Positions 47,081 to 58,865 of a stretch of DNA of 64,000 bases are shown piece after piece. The position numbers were made by a program, and so were the translations under genes. The number at the start of each line of letters is the position of its first letter. Position 1 is the first letter of the stretch. The stretch is from Scyliorhinus canicula. Lineage: Eukaryota. The notes beneath the pieces are model-generated. The model was not told the origin of the DNA. It did not search any database and saw only the letters and a program-made list of their open reading frames with translations. The DNA lies in the NCBI RefSeq assembly GCF_902713615.1, contig NW_024055665.1, positions 124,001 to 188,000 on the forward strand, in the 5' to 3' direction.

Positions 47081-47499
47081 GCCAGAGATACTACTCGACC
47101 CGGCCCGGTTATGTAGATCTTTGGGCTTTTTTTCTGAGGGATTCTTCTCCACAGACCGCTGAGATCGGCCCAAAGAAGATTTTAAGACAGATGTGGTTGG
47201 ATTCTCAACTGAACAGGTAATCAAAGGTTATCCGGGGTAGGTGAAATGTGAATCTGAGGTCATGTTCGCATCTGTCACGAACTTATTGAATGTTGGAGAA
47301 GGCTCAATGGGATGAATAGCCAACTCCTGCTCAACATTCGTCTGTTAGCAGGTCTGTGAGGAGGTGTCACAATCTCCTGAGTTATCGGGGGAGACACAGT
47401 ATCGTTGAGCTATTCCCCAGCTCAGCGCCATGAAGGCTATTGCAGCGATAGAGGCAACTCCATGCCGCAGCCGGTGCACGGTACGTGTTATCAGAACAG

Positions 47500-47670
47500 G
47501 AAAATCGCTTATTGTCACGAGTCGGCTTCAAATGAAGTTCCTCTGAAAATCCCCGAGTCGTCACATTCCGGCGCCTGTTCGGGGAGGCTGTTACGGGAAT
47601 CGAACCGTGCTGCTGGCCTGCTTGGTCTGCTTTCAAAGCCAGCGATTTAGCCCTGTCCTAAACAGCCCCT
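47500..47670 (-). mobile_element. Short tRNA-derived SINE
   Basis: Same family as 15873, 24111, 51611, 58337. Confidence 0.8.
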
Positions 47671-47703
47671 AAAAACATATCATCCAGGAGTGGAACAACA
47701 ATT

Positions 47704-47737
47704 CGTCTCTGGGTGGGATCGAACCACCAACCTTGCA

Positions 47738-47777
<40 letters not shown>
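47704..47777 (-). tRNA. trnN(GUU): tRNA-Asn(GTT), with acceptor and anticodon stem mismatches
   Basis: GTCTCCGTGGCGCAATCGGTTAGCGCGTTCGGCT-GTT-AACTGCAAGGTTGGTGGTTCGATCCCACCCAGAGACG. Confidence 0.7.
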
Positions 47778-48348
47778 GACAACAGGATTATAACTCTGTG
47801 CATTTCAACAGTGACGGCCAATTCTCTGATTGCCAGGGACCGAATGAGAATGCTGGCAATATTGGTCCCCTAAGGCCACTTGTTCTTTGTGTCCGGGCGG
47901 TAGTTGTTGATCAATATGCCATGTGATAGCTCCTCCAGACATATATTTTGTTTCTTTGTTTCTTCCATTAAGCTAACAGAGAGCTGGCACAGACATGGCG
48001 GCCGGAATGGCCTCATACTGTGGTGTCATTATTCTCTGATTTGATGCCATCCTAACTCTGTGGCCAGGGTCCCAAGGCCTCTTCTCATTTAATCTCTCCT
48101 GACTTTCCGCCCATTAGAGCCCTTTCCTGTTGTTCTGTTTCCTCCCTCCGGTAATTCATTTGGTTAAGACGTACCACATTTCTAACCTGTCCCGGTTTTA
48201 ATAAAAGGTGATGGTGAAAGACGAACTTTGCTGTCCTGTCGACAAATGCCGCCTGACAACCTGAGATGGTGCAGTACTTTTGGCGTTCTCCGCAGATGTT
48301 AGATTGATTTTCGATGGCAATGACAGTATGCTTTGTCTCTTTGTGCGG

Positions 48349-48438
48349 GGCTCATTGGTCTAGGGGTATGATTCTCGCTTTGGGTGTGTCGCTGTCGGAA
48401 TTTATGAGAAGTCCCGGGTTCAAATCCCGGCCGAGCCC
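48349..48438 (+). pseudogene. Intron-containing tRNA-Pro(TGG), degenerate paralog (intron 48385-48402)
   Basis: Intron identical to 34579-34596; five exon substitutions, including the anticodon stem. Confidence 0.8.
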
Positions 48439-49450
48439 TTCGATGAGGGTTTCCGTTGGTCAAACCGCATGTTTTCTTCATTTCTTTGCGGCGCAGACGG
48501 CGGGATTCATTCACATTGTGTTTGCTTTGAGAAGCTGAGCTCAAACTGCATGGAACCAATACGTTCCCGAGAAGTTTGTCTATGTGTGGGCATTCACATT
48601 TCTATTGACTAATTCTGGTGGACTCAGACAGCTCTTTGTCCCTTTCATTTTATCAGTTCAACAACTTCAGACTGTGAACTCTCACTTCCCCCTCCACCAC
48701 ATGTTTTTTCCATCCACTTATCATCCCTTCCATTGATATGTTTTACCCTCAGCATCGCCCACCTACCACCAGCCCATAACATCCTACTTCAGCAATCTGA
48801 TCCCTGTTTGTAATTGTTCTCTGACGCACTGCTTACCTTTGTTCTGCCATTAACACATTCTGACCGCTTGATGCGCCATCAGCACCTTTCATAGCCTCAT
48901 TTACTTTCGTCATTTCCCACCTATTGCTAGCCCTCTATCGAGGCCCAATACAGCACTCCACCACCCACACCCCCCACCCACAATCGTCTGAATCTCCAGT
49001 TCCAGTTCTCCAGCTTTGACAAAGAGTCCACTTGACTGGAAACGACAGCTGCCATTTCGCTCCCCAGAGGCTGTCAGACCTGCTGAGATTATCCAGTATT
49101 TTCTGTTTTTGTTTCCGTTTGAAGCATCCGCAGTAAGTTGAATTTGTCACACATTTAGACATGTTTGAAATGGTGATTAAATATGTTCATTTGTAAATCG
49201 CTGAAATTCTGTTGTGGATGAACTCGCTGCTAATATCCGAGGTGTGCCAAGATATGAAAATTCTTCACCTCTCATTGCCTGCCGAAAATTCAGTGCTTGG
49301 GCCTTCATGTTCAATTCAGTGTCGTGGCTCATGTGAGACGAAATCTCATTGTCCTGGAACACATGAGATTCCGGCAACATTCAGGAAACAGAATTATTCT
49401 GTGCCCAATAATTGTGCACACTTTTCTTTCACGAAATCCTAAATGTTCGA

Positions 49451-49509
49451 TGTTTCTGCCCGATTTCGAAAGGGGACATTTCCCGTGTGAGGCGAATGTG
49501 ATAACCACT
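49451..49509 (-). pseudogene. tRNA-Val(CAC) pseudogene, 5'-truncated
   Basis: AGTGGTTATCACATTCGCCT-CAC-ACGGGAAATGTCCCCTTTCGAAATCGGGCAGAAACA. Confidence 0.75.
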
Positions 49510-49710
49510 CAATTTATCGAAGCATCAGATATTGAACTTTGCTGAACTGAAGATAAGTTCTGTTTTGCTTGGAGTTAAATTGAGAGGGCAGGGCTTTCAT
49601 AAGTAACCACAGCTGATACGAGAATTGATGATGCCCTGCTCACTTTGCTCTGCATCGGGAACCAGCTGTCCAACCCACTGAACTAAAGGGGACGCCAAAA
49701 CTAGGAACTG

Positions 49711-49783
49711 CGAGCCAGTCAGGAGTCGAACCGAGAATCTCCTAATTCGCAGTCAGACGCGTTATCCATTGCACCACTGTCCC
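49711..49783 (-). pseudogene. tRNA-Arg-derived gene with GCG anticodon
   Basis: Arg-ACG body, loop CT-GCG-AA, several stem mismatches. Confidence 0.7.
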
Positions 49784-49877
49784 AAAGCAGTTAAACAATC
49801 TTGCTATTCCTCCATGATGAAGACCAGTTACGAGATTGAGGTAATATTTAGCAACAGACTAAGCTGGAAGCACCAGA

Positions 49878-49950
49878 TGTTTCTGCCTGGTTTCGAACCG
49901 GGGACCATTCGCGTGTAAAGCGAATGTGATAACCACTACACCACAGAAAC
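49878..49950 (-). tRNA. trnV(UAC): tRNA-Val(TAC), AAC-type body
   Basis: 73 nt with near-complete pairing. Confidence 0.8.
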
Positions 49951-50210
49951 AGCTGGCAACGCAGACGCCAACGGACCTGTGGCACCTGCAAGTCAGCTGC
50001 CTTGTTGCAGCTTCGGAAAGTTCGGCTGAGAGGACATGTCGCTTCTTCTAAGAATACGTCTGTTCCTTGAAACCAGATGTCTAAACTTACAAGCCAGAAG
50101 AAGAACCTATATGGAACTGAAGCATTTGTTCAGCAAATCTCTAACGGCGAAATGCTGACGGCAGGGTTGATTTACATTGGCCCACTCTGAAAAATATTTC
50201 TCAGGACTCG

Positions 50211-50249
50211 GGTGTTAGGCGAATGTGATAACCACTACACCACAGGAAC
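50211..50249 (-). pseudogene. 5' half of tRNA-Val(AAC) at a rearrangement junction
   Basis: GTTCCTGTGGTGTAGTGGTTATCACATTCGCCTAACAC fused to sequence from the 35950-36020 block. Confidence 0.75.
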
Positions 50250-50578
50250 CGCTGGGAGCCTCGCCATGAGTGGACGCGTGTAATGTTCAACCTCAATGTG
50301 TTGCTGCGGCTTCTCATGGTTCCGCGGAGTGACCATGTAACTTATTGCAAGAAGCCGTTTCTTTAAAACTGATGTCTCAACTTATGAAAGCATCAGATAT
50401 TGAACTTTGCTGAACTGAAGATAAGTTATGTTTTGCTTGAAGTTACAAAGAGAGGGCAGGGCTTTTATAAGTAACCACAGCTGATACGAGAATTGATGAT
50501 GTCCAGCTGAATTTGCTCTGCATCAAGAACAAGCTGTCCAACCCACTGAACTAAAGGGGACGCCAAAACTCGGAACTG

Positions 50579-50651
50579 CGAGCCAGCCAGGAGTCGAACC
50601 TGGAATCTCCTGATTCGTAGTCAGACGCGTTATCCATTGCGCCACTGGCCC
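50579..50651 (-). tRNA. trnR(ACG): tRNA-Arg(ACG), best-preserved copy
   Basis: GGGCCAGTGGCGCAATGGATAACGCGTCTGACT-ACG-AATCAGGAGATTCCAGGTTCGACTCCTGGCTGGCTCG. Confidence 0.9.
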
Positions 50652-50745
50652 ACAGCAGTTCCAAGCTTTGGCTATTCCTCGATGATGAAGACCAGTTACG
50701 AGATTGAGGTAATATTTAGCAACAGACTAAACTGGCAGCACCAGA

Positions 50746-50818
50746 TGTTTCTGTCCGGTTTCGAACCGGGGACCATTCGCACGTAAAGCGAATGTGATAG
50801 CCACTACACCACAGAAAC
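50746..50818 (-). tRNA. trnV(UAC): tRNA-Val(TAC), degenerate
   Basis: Loop TT-TAC-GT, plus D-loop and T-stem changes. Confidence 0.55.
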
Positions 50819-51019
50819 AGCTGGCAACGGAGACGTCTGTTTCTTTAAAACAGATGTCTAAACTTACAAGCCAGAAGAAGAACCTCTTTTGAACTGAAGC
50901 ATTTGTTCAGCAAATCTCTAACGGCGAAATGCTCTCTTCTATTATTAATGCAGCATTCTGAAATCCTACAGAAAAAAGCAACCGACTTTACACAATATTT
51001 GTTTCGTTAGAGGTCTACA

Positions 51020-52000
51020 CAATTATGATTGGCATATACAGAGTGGATAGTCAGAAGCTTTTCCCCCGGGTTGAGGGGTCAATTACTAGGGGCATAGTTT
51101 TAAGGTGCGATGAGCAAGGTTTAGAGTAGATGTACGAGGCAAGTTTTTTACACAGAGGGTAGTGGGTGACTGGAACTCGGTGCTGGAGTTGGTGGTGGAA
51201 GCAGGGACGATAGTGACATTTAAGGGGCATCTTGATAAATACATGAACAGGATGGGAATAGAGGAATACAGACCCAGGAAGTGTAGAAGATTGCAGTTTT
51301 GTCGGGCAGCATGGTCGGCATGGGCTTGGAGGGCCGAATGGCCTGTTCCTGTGCTGTACTTTCCTTTGTTCTTTGTTATTATCTAGGCATTGGTATTTAG
51401 AATAATGAGAGGTAACCTTATTGAAATACATAATGTATTGAGGGTACATGTTGCGGTTAATACACGGGGAGTGTTTCCTTGCGCGAGAAGACTCAAATAG
51501 GGGCACAGTTTAAGAATAAGTATTCTACATTTTAAATAGGAATTATGCCATTTTGTTCTCTCAGGCTGTCATTAGTCTGCGGAATTCTCCTAATTCACCC
51601 CAAGAAAGTAATGAAATGAAATGAAAATCGCTTATTGTCACGAGTAGGCTTCAATTAAGTGAATGTGAAAAGCCCCTAGTCGCCACATTCCCGCGCCTGT
51701 TCGGGGAGGCTGGTACGGGAATTGAACCGTGCTGCTGGCCTGCCTTGGTCTGCTTTAAAAGCCAGCGATTTAGCCCAGTGAGCTAAACCAGACAATGGAA
51801 GCTGTGTCTTTAAATTTATTCAAGGCTGAGTTGGATAGATTGTTGATAGTTAAGGGAACCACGGGTGCTGGCTGGGGTGGGGGCGGGATTACAGACAGGA
51901 AGATGGAATTGAGACCACAATCAGATATACGAAGATTAGATTGAATGGCGGAGTAGGCTAAAGGGCCAGATAGCCCACACTTGCTTGCAAACCATTTGAT
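51020..52000 (+). mobile_element. CR1 3'-end fragments with a short SINE inserted at 51611-51791 (minus)
   Basis: FTQRVVGDWN-like C-terminus, CR1 tails; SINE of the 190-bp family. Confidence 0.75.
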
Positions 52001-52147
52001 TATATGCCAGAATTAATTGCATTCTTGGTGGCCTGTCCCTCAAAGGGATGTTATTTAGAGAAAGGTGTATCTCAATTTCTCTGCCTCGGGGTAATATCCG
52101 TCTGTTGACTGAAATATGCCAGCCTCTGACCTGCATGGATGTGCTGC

Positions 52148-52390
52148 CGCAGGCACGATGGCACAATGATTAGTCCAGCTCCTTGACAGTGTCAGGGTCT
52201 CGGGTTCAATTCTGACCTTGGATGACTGTTTGTATGGAGTTTCCACTTTACCCCTGTTTCTGTCTGGCCTTTCTGCGGCTGCTCCCACAGTCCAAAGTTG
52301 TGCAGGTTGGGTGTACTGTCCGCCTTGTGTAAGGTTATGGGGATGGGGTGGGACAGTGGACCTGGGCGGAGCTCTCTTTCAGATGGTCGG
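52148..52390 (+). mobile_element. Old V-SINE
   Basis: Degenerate HE1 head and V-domain. Confidence 0.6.
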
Positions 52391-53267
52391 TGGAGATTCA
52401 CATGTTCTGGTGGAATTTGTTTTAATTCCCGATCCATTATCTGCCTTTTATTCTCCATTTTTTCTTTTCTTCATACTCACCTTGATACTTCCACTCTTTC
52501 TGTTCCCACTGCTTGATAATATTTGAGAATGTAAATGCTCAACAACTGCTCACTGCGCCAGCTGTGGAGGAAACACAAATATATTGGAAAAACCGCTAGT
52601 CATGCAGGATCTTTCACTGTCCATAGTATTTCAATAGCTCCCATGTGTTTCCCTTGCTATCTCTTTCCCCTTTGTTCTCTCCTTCCCTCACTCGCCTTGT
52701 TTTAATCGCGCCATCTCACATTCTGTGTTTCCCTGTCACTACCAATGGTCTGCACCCTCTATGTTATTCTATCTGCTTGTTCGTTCTATGTATCTCTTTA
52801 ATATTTCTCTTAAGTTGCCTGTGCATCCCTTTTCATTGCTCTGTCATTCTTTCCCTGCATCACGCTGTCTTTATTCATTGCTTGTTAATTTATAACATCT
52901 TGCCCGACTTTCGAGGCCAGGATTCCAGCTGTTACCTTATATGGCAACAGGTTACGTGCGAGCAACGCCATCGATGAATAGCGGTGTCACGTCAGCGGTC
53001 ACCTTCCGATCCAGTGGGGTTTGGAACCCCCCTCCCGCTGCCTCATTGGCCGAAAGCCAGAGATGTTTCTGCAAAAGCGCGCAAAGGGAGATCAATATAG
53101 ACACCCAAGACCCGTGCCAGTGAAGACTCGGCGTGGAGGTGATCTTGACCATTCTGAAGACGCACCAGAGGGTCAGAGAATCCCGTGAGTGCAGAGGAGG
53201 CCATTTCGCCTCTCGATCCTCACCAAACATTTGAAATAACACCTTACTGGGACCGCAGTTCCCTTCA

Positions 53268-53510
53268 ACCCACCTAACAATTGGAGAGAAAGGGACAATT
53301 TAGCATGGCCAGTCCACCTAATCTGCAAATATTTTGACTGTGACGGGAACCGGAAAACCCGGAGAAAACCCACTCAAACTTGGGGAAAATGCGCAAACTC
53401 CACACAGACAGGCACCGAATGGAATTGAACCCGGGTCCCTAGTGCTCAGAAGCAGCAGTTGCTATCCACTGTGCCAGCGCGCCGTCCCTGTGCCACTATG
53501 CCAAAGGACG
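53268..53510 (-). mobile_element. Old V-SINE
   Basis: Degenerate reverse V-domain and B-box. Confidence 0.6.
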
Positions 53511-53689
53511 GAAGGTCGTCCACCTTTGTGACAACAGCCCTGAAGAACATGAAACTCAGAGAATCGGAGCCGCAGCTTGATCAGGTTTATCAGCACGAGT
53601 AGTATCACGAATCTGCGGAATCTTTATAGTGATTGTTATTGGAATATTTTAAGGGTTACTATATTGAATAAAGATACATCGAAACATTC

Positions 53690-54120
53690 ATAGAAAGCAG
53701 AAGCAGGAGAAGACCATTTGACCTTCGAGCATACTCCACCATTGATTATGATCATTGCCGATCATCACGTTCAGTACCGTTATCCCGCCTCCCGCCCATA
53801 TCCCGTGACCCATTAAGCCCCAAGAGTTACAGCTAATTGCTTCTTGAAATTACAAAACGTTTTGGCCTCAACTACTTTCTGTGGCAGTAAATTCCACAGA
53901 TTCACCACTCTCCGGATGAGAAAACATCGCCTCACCTCAGACCCACAAGATTTATTCCTTATCCTCAGTCTATGCCCGCTAGTCCTGGACTCCCCCACCA
54001 TCGGGAACAATCTTTTTGAATCTACCCTGTCTATTCATGTTTGAATTTTGTACGGTTCTGTGAGATTCCCTCTTACTCTTCAAACTTGGTTTGATTTTAT
54101 AGTTGTCCTGTGCTTTTTTC
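53690..54120 (-). mobile_element. CR1 3'-end fragment
   Basis: MFPMVGESRTSGHRLRIR...VVNLWNLLPQKVVEA. Confidence 0.75.
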
Positions 54121-54854
54121 GCCTCATCAAGAAAGACATCTGGGTAAAACGTTTCATTAATACACTGGTCAGAGTGTCTGAGATTTTACAGACACAACAG
54201 CCCCTTGCTTATCAATGCCCGCTCTCCGCTCAGCCACGTCTGCAATATTCGCACCAATCCGCACTTTCTGTCCACCCATCTTCCTTCCCTGCTTATTCAC
54301 CTCCACTTTCTATTACCCCACACAGACGCTCTGCTGAAGAAATTCTCACTCATTCCGCTCTTGAAGCATGATCCACCTCTTTTCTCTTCCATTGGTCGTC
54401 ACATTCTCTACACCTGCACAGCACCTGAAAGAACGCCCACCTTCCACTTCTTCTCGATTGCTTTCTTCTGCACGAATGTTATGATTTGCCTGACGCATAG
54501 ACTGCGCATTGACGGGGGATGTCAGAGCAAATTTACAGATGGACTTGATTCTGGTGTGGACAATCGGCACTAATACAAGCACGAAATTCGAAATTTCAGG
54601 CTGTCTGCCACTCAACTGCAAAAATGTGCAAACAACTGATGGGTTCGGGACATTTTATAGCTGCAGTTGGTACAATGACTCACCGAATCCATCACATGAG
54701 AACCTCAGGTTCCTCCCATCTTGGATCTGGTTGCTGATGTCAGACTAAAATTAATTATTCGTCGGAAAGTTGTCCACTCACCCGGGAACCCACGTTCAAA
54801 TCCGGATGAAGAAAAAGCGGGTTGAGTTCCACTAACTCTCCCGCCTGACTGGTA

Positions 54855-55147
54855 ACAATAATAATCTTTATTATTGTTACAAATCGGCTTACATTAACAC
54901 TGAAATTATGTTTCGATGAAAATGCCTTAGTCGCCACACTCCGGCTCCTTTCCGGGTACACAGATGGAGAATTCAAAATGTCAAATTCACGGAACAGCAT
55001 GGCTTTGGATATGTGGGAGGAAACTGGAGTAACCCCACGCAGACACGGGGAGAATGTGCAGACTCCACACCAACAGTGACCCAAGTGGGGGATCGAACCT
55101 GGGACCAAGAGCTGTGAAGCATCAGTACTAACCACTATGCTACCATG
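54855..55147 (-). mobile_element. V-SINE with alternative tail
   Basis: Reverse V-domain plus TAATCTTTATTATTGTTAC tail. Confidence 0.7.
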
Positions 55148-55229
55148 TTTTGGGCAGAGGCCAGATTGCACCCTGTGGGCTCTGAGGTCACTAAGATTCT
55201 GGTCATCACTCACCTTCGACATTTTAACG

Positions 55230-56198
55230 TTTTACAGTATAGCCATCTAAGATGGACACTGGGCTACAAAATGGAGAACTGCTAAGGCTGCAGGGAAAAA
55301 CAGTCTTAGTGAGGACAAGCAGCTTGCAGAAGACTAATTTGCATTCTGCACGTACAGAAACCAGTTTTTGGCCAGGTGCAGAGTTTCAGCCAAAGGTGCA
55401 AATGGAAACAGATCTGCATAGTAATGAGGTGATCCAGATCCAGACCCCGCACAATAGAAACATTTAAGTATCAATGGATACTTTTGAGTAGACGCCCAGA
55501 CAGAATGGCGCCACAGCAACCAACACAAAGAGCCGTAGGGACCGCCCCACCCATCGAGGAACGACCCTCAGATTGGGGGGTTTGGAAGATATCGATTGGG
55601 AAAGGCCCAATCGATACCTGGCAGGTAAAAGAACCGCCCCAAGGGGGCACGGACTTCTAGGACCTATAAGAGTAGACCCCGCACATGGTTCGGTCTGCTT
55701 TGCTCCGGCTCAGGACTGCTTTTGCTCCGGCTCAGGACTGCTTGCTTACTCCGACCCGAGTTTGTTGTTTGTTACATCGCATCCTGACTCCAGTTTCATC
55801 ACCAGCCGTTGAGCCATCAAACCGTAAGTGCCAGATCTTGACAACTTTGCGATTCAGAGAGTTGCAGACCAAGAACGGGACGAAGGCCTTGTTCCCTGAC
55901 CTTGACTGTTCCTGTCTTGATAAGTATTTAGTTGTTTAGTATTAGAAGTAAGTTAGTCTCTTTAGCGTATGCATGTGTATTTATTATATTTGTTATAATA
56001 AACACCAATCGTTTGGACTTACTAATCGGTGTACAGATTTATTACTTTGAACCTGACCTTGATATACTTGTGACGGTGTCTCAATACGGCACCTGGCGAC
56101 TCCGAGCATAATTGCATATACAGAGCCATAGTAGTGTTAAGCACACGGCCTTTAAACGGAGGCGTGTCAATCACACTCCAGTAAAACGAGCAACAACA
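55230..56198 (+). mobile_element. Candidate solo LTR (retroviral-like)
   Basis: GC boxes, TATAAG 55665, 21/22-bp tandem duplication ~55695-55737, AATAAA 55997, ends ...CAACA; left boundary and TSD not resolved. Confidence 0.45.
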
Positions 56199-57324
56199 GG
56201 TAATTCAGTAAATCAGCGGCCATTAAAAGCTGTTTCCCATATGGACGCAGCTGCTAATCCGTTTGCACGATTCAAAACTCACCGTGCATAAATCAGGTTT
56301 TAGTCCACACTGAACGTTCCATGCACGATGATGATGCTCAGAGTTTTCCTAGTTCTCCATATAAACTCCACACAGAGGCATGTTTCTATTCAAAATCAGA
56401 CATTTCACCCTTGCGATATTCTTCGTTATTCGCTCAGAGGCCAGGTAAGAACAAAGGATTCCTCTCCCTAAAGTGCATCAGTAAACCAGATCAGTATTTA
56501 CAACACTTAGACTAGATAGATGCTGACACGATGGGCTGCAGGGCCTCTTTCCGTGCTGGAAAATCACTCTGACTCCATGTGTATCGCTTAAAGAGGAATT
56601 TCGTGGGCTGATCTTCCCATCGACCTGTTACCTTCGTCCTTCTAGATGGTAGATGTCGCAAATCAGGAAGGTGCTGTCAGTGACTATTCGTCAGTTACTG
56701 CAATAATACATTTCATAGCTGATCCACACTGCAGCCACTGTCCGTTTGTGGTGGAGGATGTGAATATTCAAGCTTGAGTGGCGGAGGGGGGGGGGGGGGG
56801 GGTGAGCTGACAATCAAGAGTGTTCTTTTATCATGGGTGGCGTTGAGCTTCGTCAGATTTGTTGGAAGTGCATTCGTCCAGACAAGGATGGAATATTCCA
56901 TTACATTCCTGTCTTGTGCCTTGTAATTGGAGACAGGCTTTGCAAGGCCAGTTGGTAAGTTATTCACCGCAGAATTCCCAGCCTCTAGCCGACCAAGCCG
57001 CCACATTACTAGCATAAATGGGTCATTTCAATTACGAGAAATTTGTACATTGTCTGTTTATCTGTTCTCCAACATACCCAGCTTTATAAACAAAGTATTT
57101 TAACTTTACTTAAGAAGAGATACCCACCCGAGGCCCATCAAAGACATGGGGCACGTGCCCGAGTCACTATATCTGTAGCACAGCGATTCGGGATAGTTCC
57201 TGTAGTCTACTTAAATTAATGTGATCAAGGCTTAAAAAAAGTGACAAGCAGACCTGGAAAACTAACCACTCGTTAGCTTCAGTCTGTAATGCAGAAACTG
57301 TTGAGTAAATTATAGAATTTACTG

Positions 57325-57608
57325 CGCAGAAGGAGGCCATTCGGCCCATCATGTATGCACCGGGCCTGGGAAAGTGCACCCTACTGAAACGCACACCTCC
57401 CCCCACCTAACCGTTTGGGCATTAAGGGACAATTTAGCATGGCCGATTCACCCAACCTGCGGGAGGAAACTGGAGAACGCAGAGGAAACACATTCAGACA
57501 CGGGGAGAACGTGTAGACTCCGCACAGACGGTGACCCAAGCCAGGAATCGGACCTGGGTCCCTGGCACTGTGAAGCAACAGTGCTAAACACTGTGCTACC
57601 GTTCCGCC
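57325..57608 (-). mobile_element. HE1/V-SINE
   Basis: Reverse V-domain and CR1-type tail. Confidence 0.75.
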
Positions 57609-58336
57609 CACATTAAAGATTTCTTGGATATCGGAATGCATAAATGGCACCAACATGACTTCATGAAAAAAGATAATCTTTACAAATATTGGCATACAGA
57701 CTTCACAGCTTTGATAAAAATGTGAATAGTTGTGGAAACGAAGAGACGTGCATTAGTCATTATCGATTTAGACTTAAAAATGCATATATCCATAGAATAA
57801 GAGCCATTTTTAAGCCTTGAAAAAATTGATCTGAATTTAGAAACGCTGGGAAAAGATAGATAAAAAGACAGTTAGGTGTAGATCTGGATCGGTTTATCAA
57901 TTCCCAACTCAGAGAAATGTTTGGATTATCTTCCTTCTGATGCGGACTGCTGAGGAGGTGGATCACAGCTTGCAATTACAGAGTGTCTAATTTATAAGAT
58001 CAGTTGACAGCATACACTTTATTTCCATGTCGTGACCTTCGACGTGAAACTATCATCAACCTGGCTGCGCACTTGCACCGTGCAATAGATCAGCTGTCAG
58101 TACAGCGCTGAGATTTCCATACTTAAAGGTGACACTGAGCATTTTCCACATACTCAACACGAACTACAAATAGTGCTTGGCCTCTATTCAAATTTAATCA
58201 TTTGTCTTTATTTCGGATTCAACAAGATATTTGCATTTCTGCCTATCTTTCTAGTTAAGCTAAGAATAGACATCAGTGTATTGCCTCTCTGTCTGTTTAC
58301 CTGTATGTTTATTCAGCTGCGAATCTATCCGCGAAT

Positions 58337-58518
58337 GGGACTGGTTCAGCACACTGGGCTAAATCGCTGGCTTTTAAAGCAGACCAAGGCAGGCCAGCAG
58401 CACGGTTCAATTCCCGTACCAGACTCCCCGAACAGGCGCGGGAATGTGGCGACTAGGGGCTTTTCACATTCACTTAATTGAAGCCTACAGTCAGCGATTT
58501 TCAGTTTTTTTTCATTTT
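58337..58518 (+). mobile_element. Short tRNA-derived SINE (Lys-like loop CT-TTT-AA)
   Basis: A-box-like CAGCACACTGG, B-box GGTTCAATTCC, shared tail. Confidence 0.8.
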
Positions 58519-58865
58519 CCTCCAGAGATCTTGTGGCCCACTGAGCAGCGCCTCTAACTCTCCCAGAACTTCCGGGAAGGTGCCGCAATTCAAGACTTGA
58601 TGAAAATGACAGGTTTACTCATAACCTGGCCAAACTGGTTGATTATCAGTCGGAAATCCTTCCAGTGGCGGATAGAAACAGCGAATGAAACATAGAAATA
58701 TAGAAAATAGGTGCAGGAGTACGCCATGTGGCACTTCGAGCCTTTATCATCATTCAATATGATCATGGCCTTGCTAAAGTCTATGTAGACAAAGTCGACT
58801 GCACTGCCATCATCTATCTTCTTGGTTACCCCTTTCAAATACTCAATAAAATTCGCGAGACATTA

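Larger units (their letters stand above)
46318..47120 (-). mobile_element. Rex1-type LINE RT fragment interrupted by a mini-Penelope
   Basis: ORF 46176-47003 with Rex1 RT motifs; paralog of 42083-42745. Confidence 0.85.

Noticed and set aside
56358-56450. TATA + MFLFKIRHFTLAIFFVIRSEA + GTAAG resembling a signal-peptide exon
   Set aside because: ATG is only ~20 nt after the TATA, the intron phase is 2 (Ig/TCR leaders are phase 1), and no downstream exon was found.
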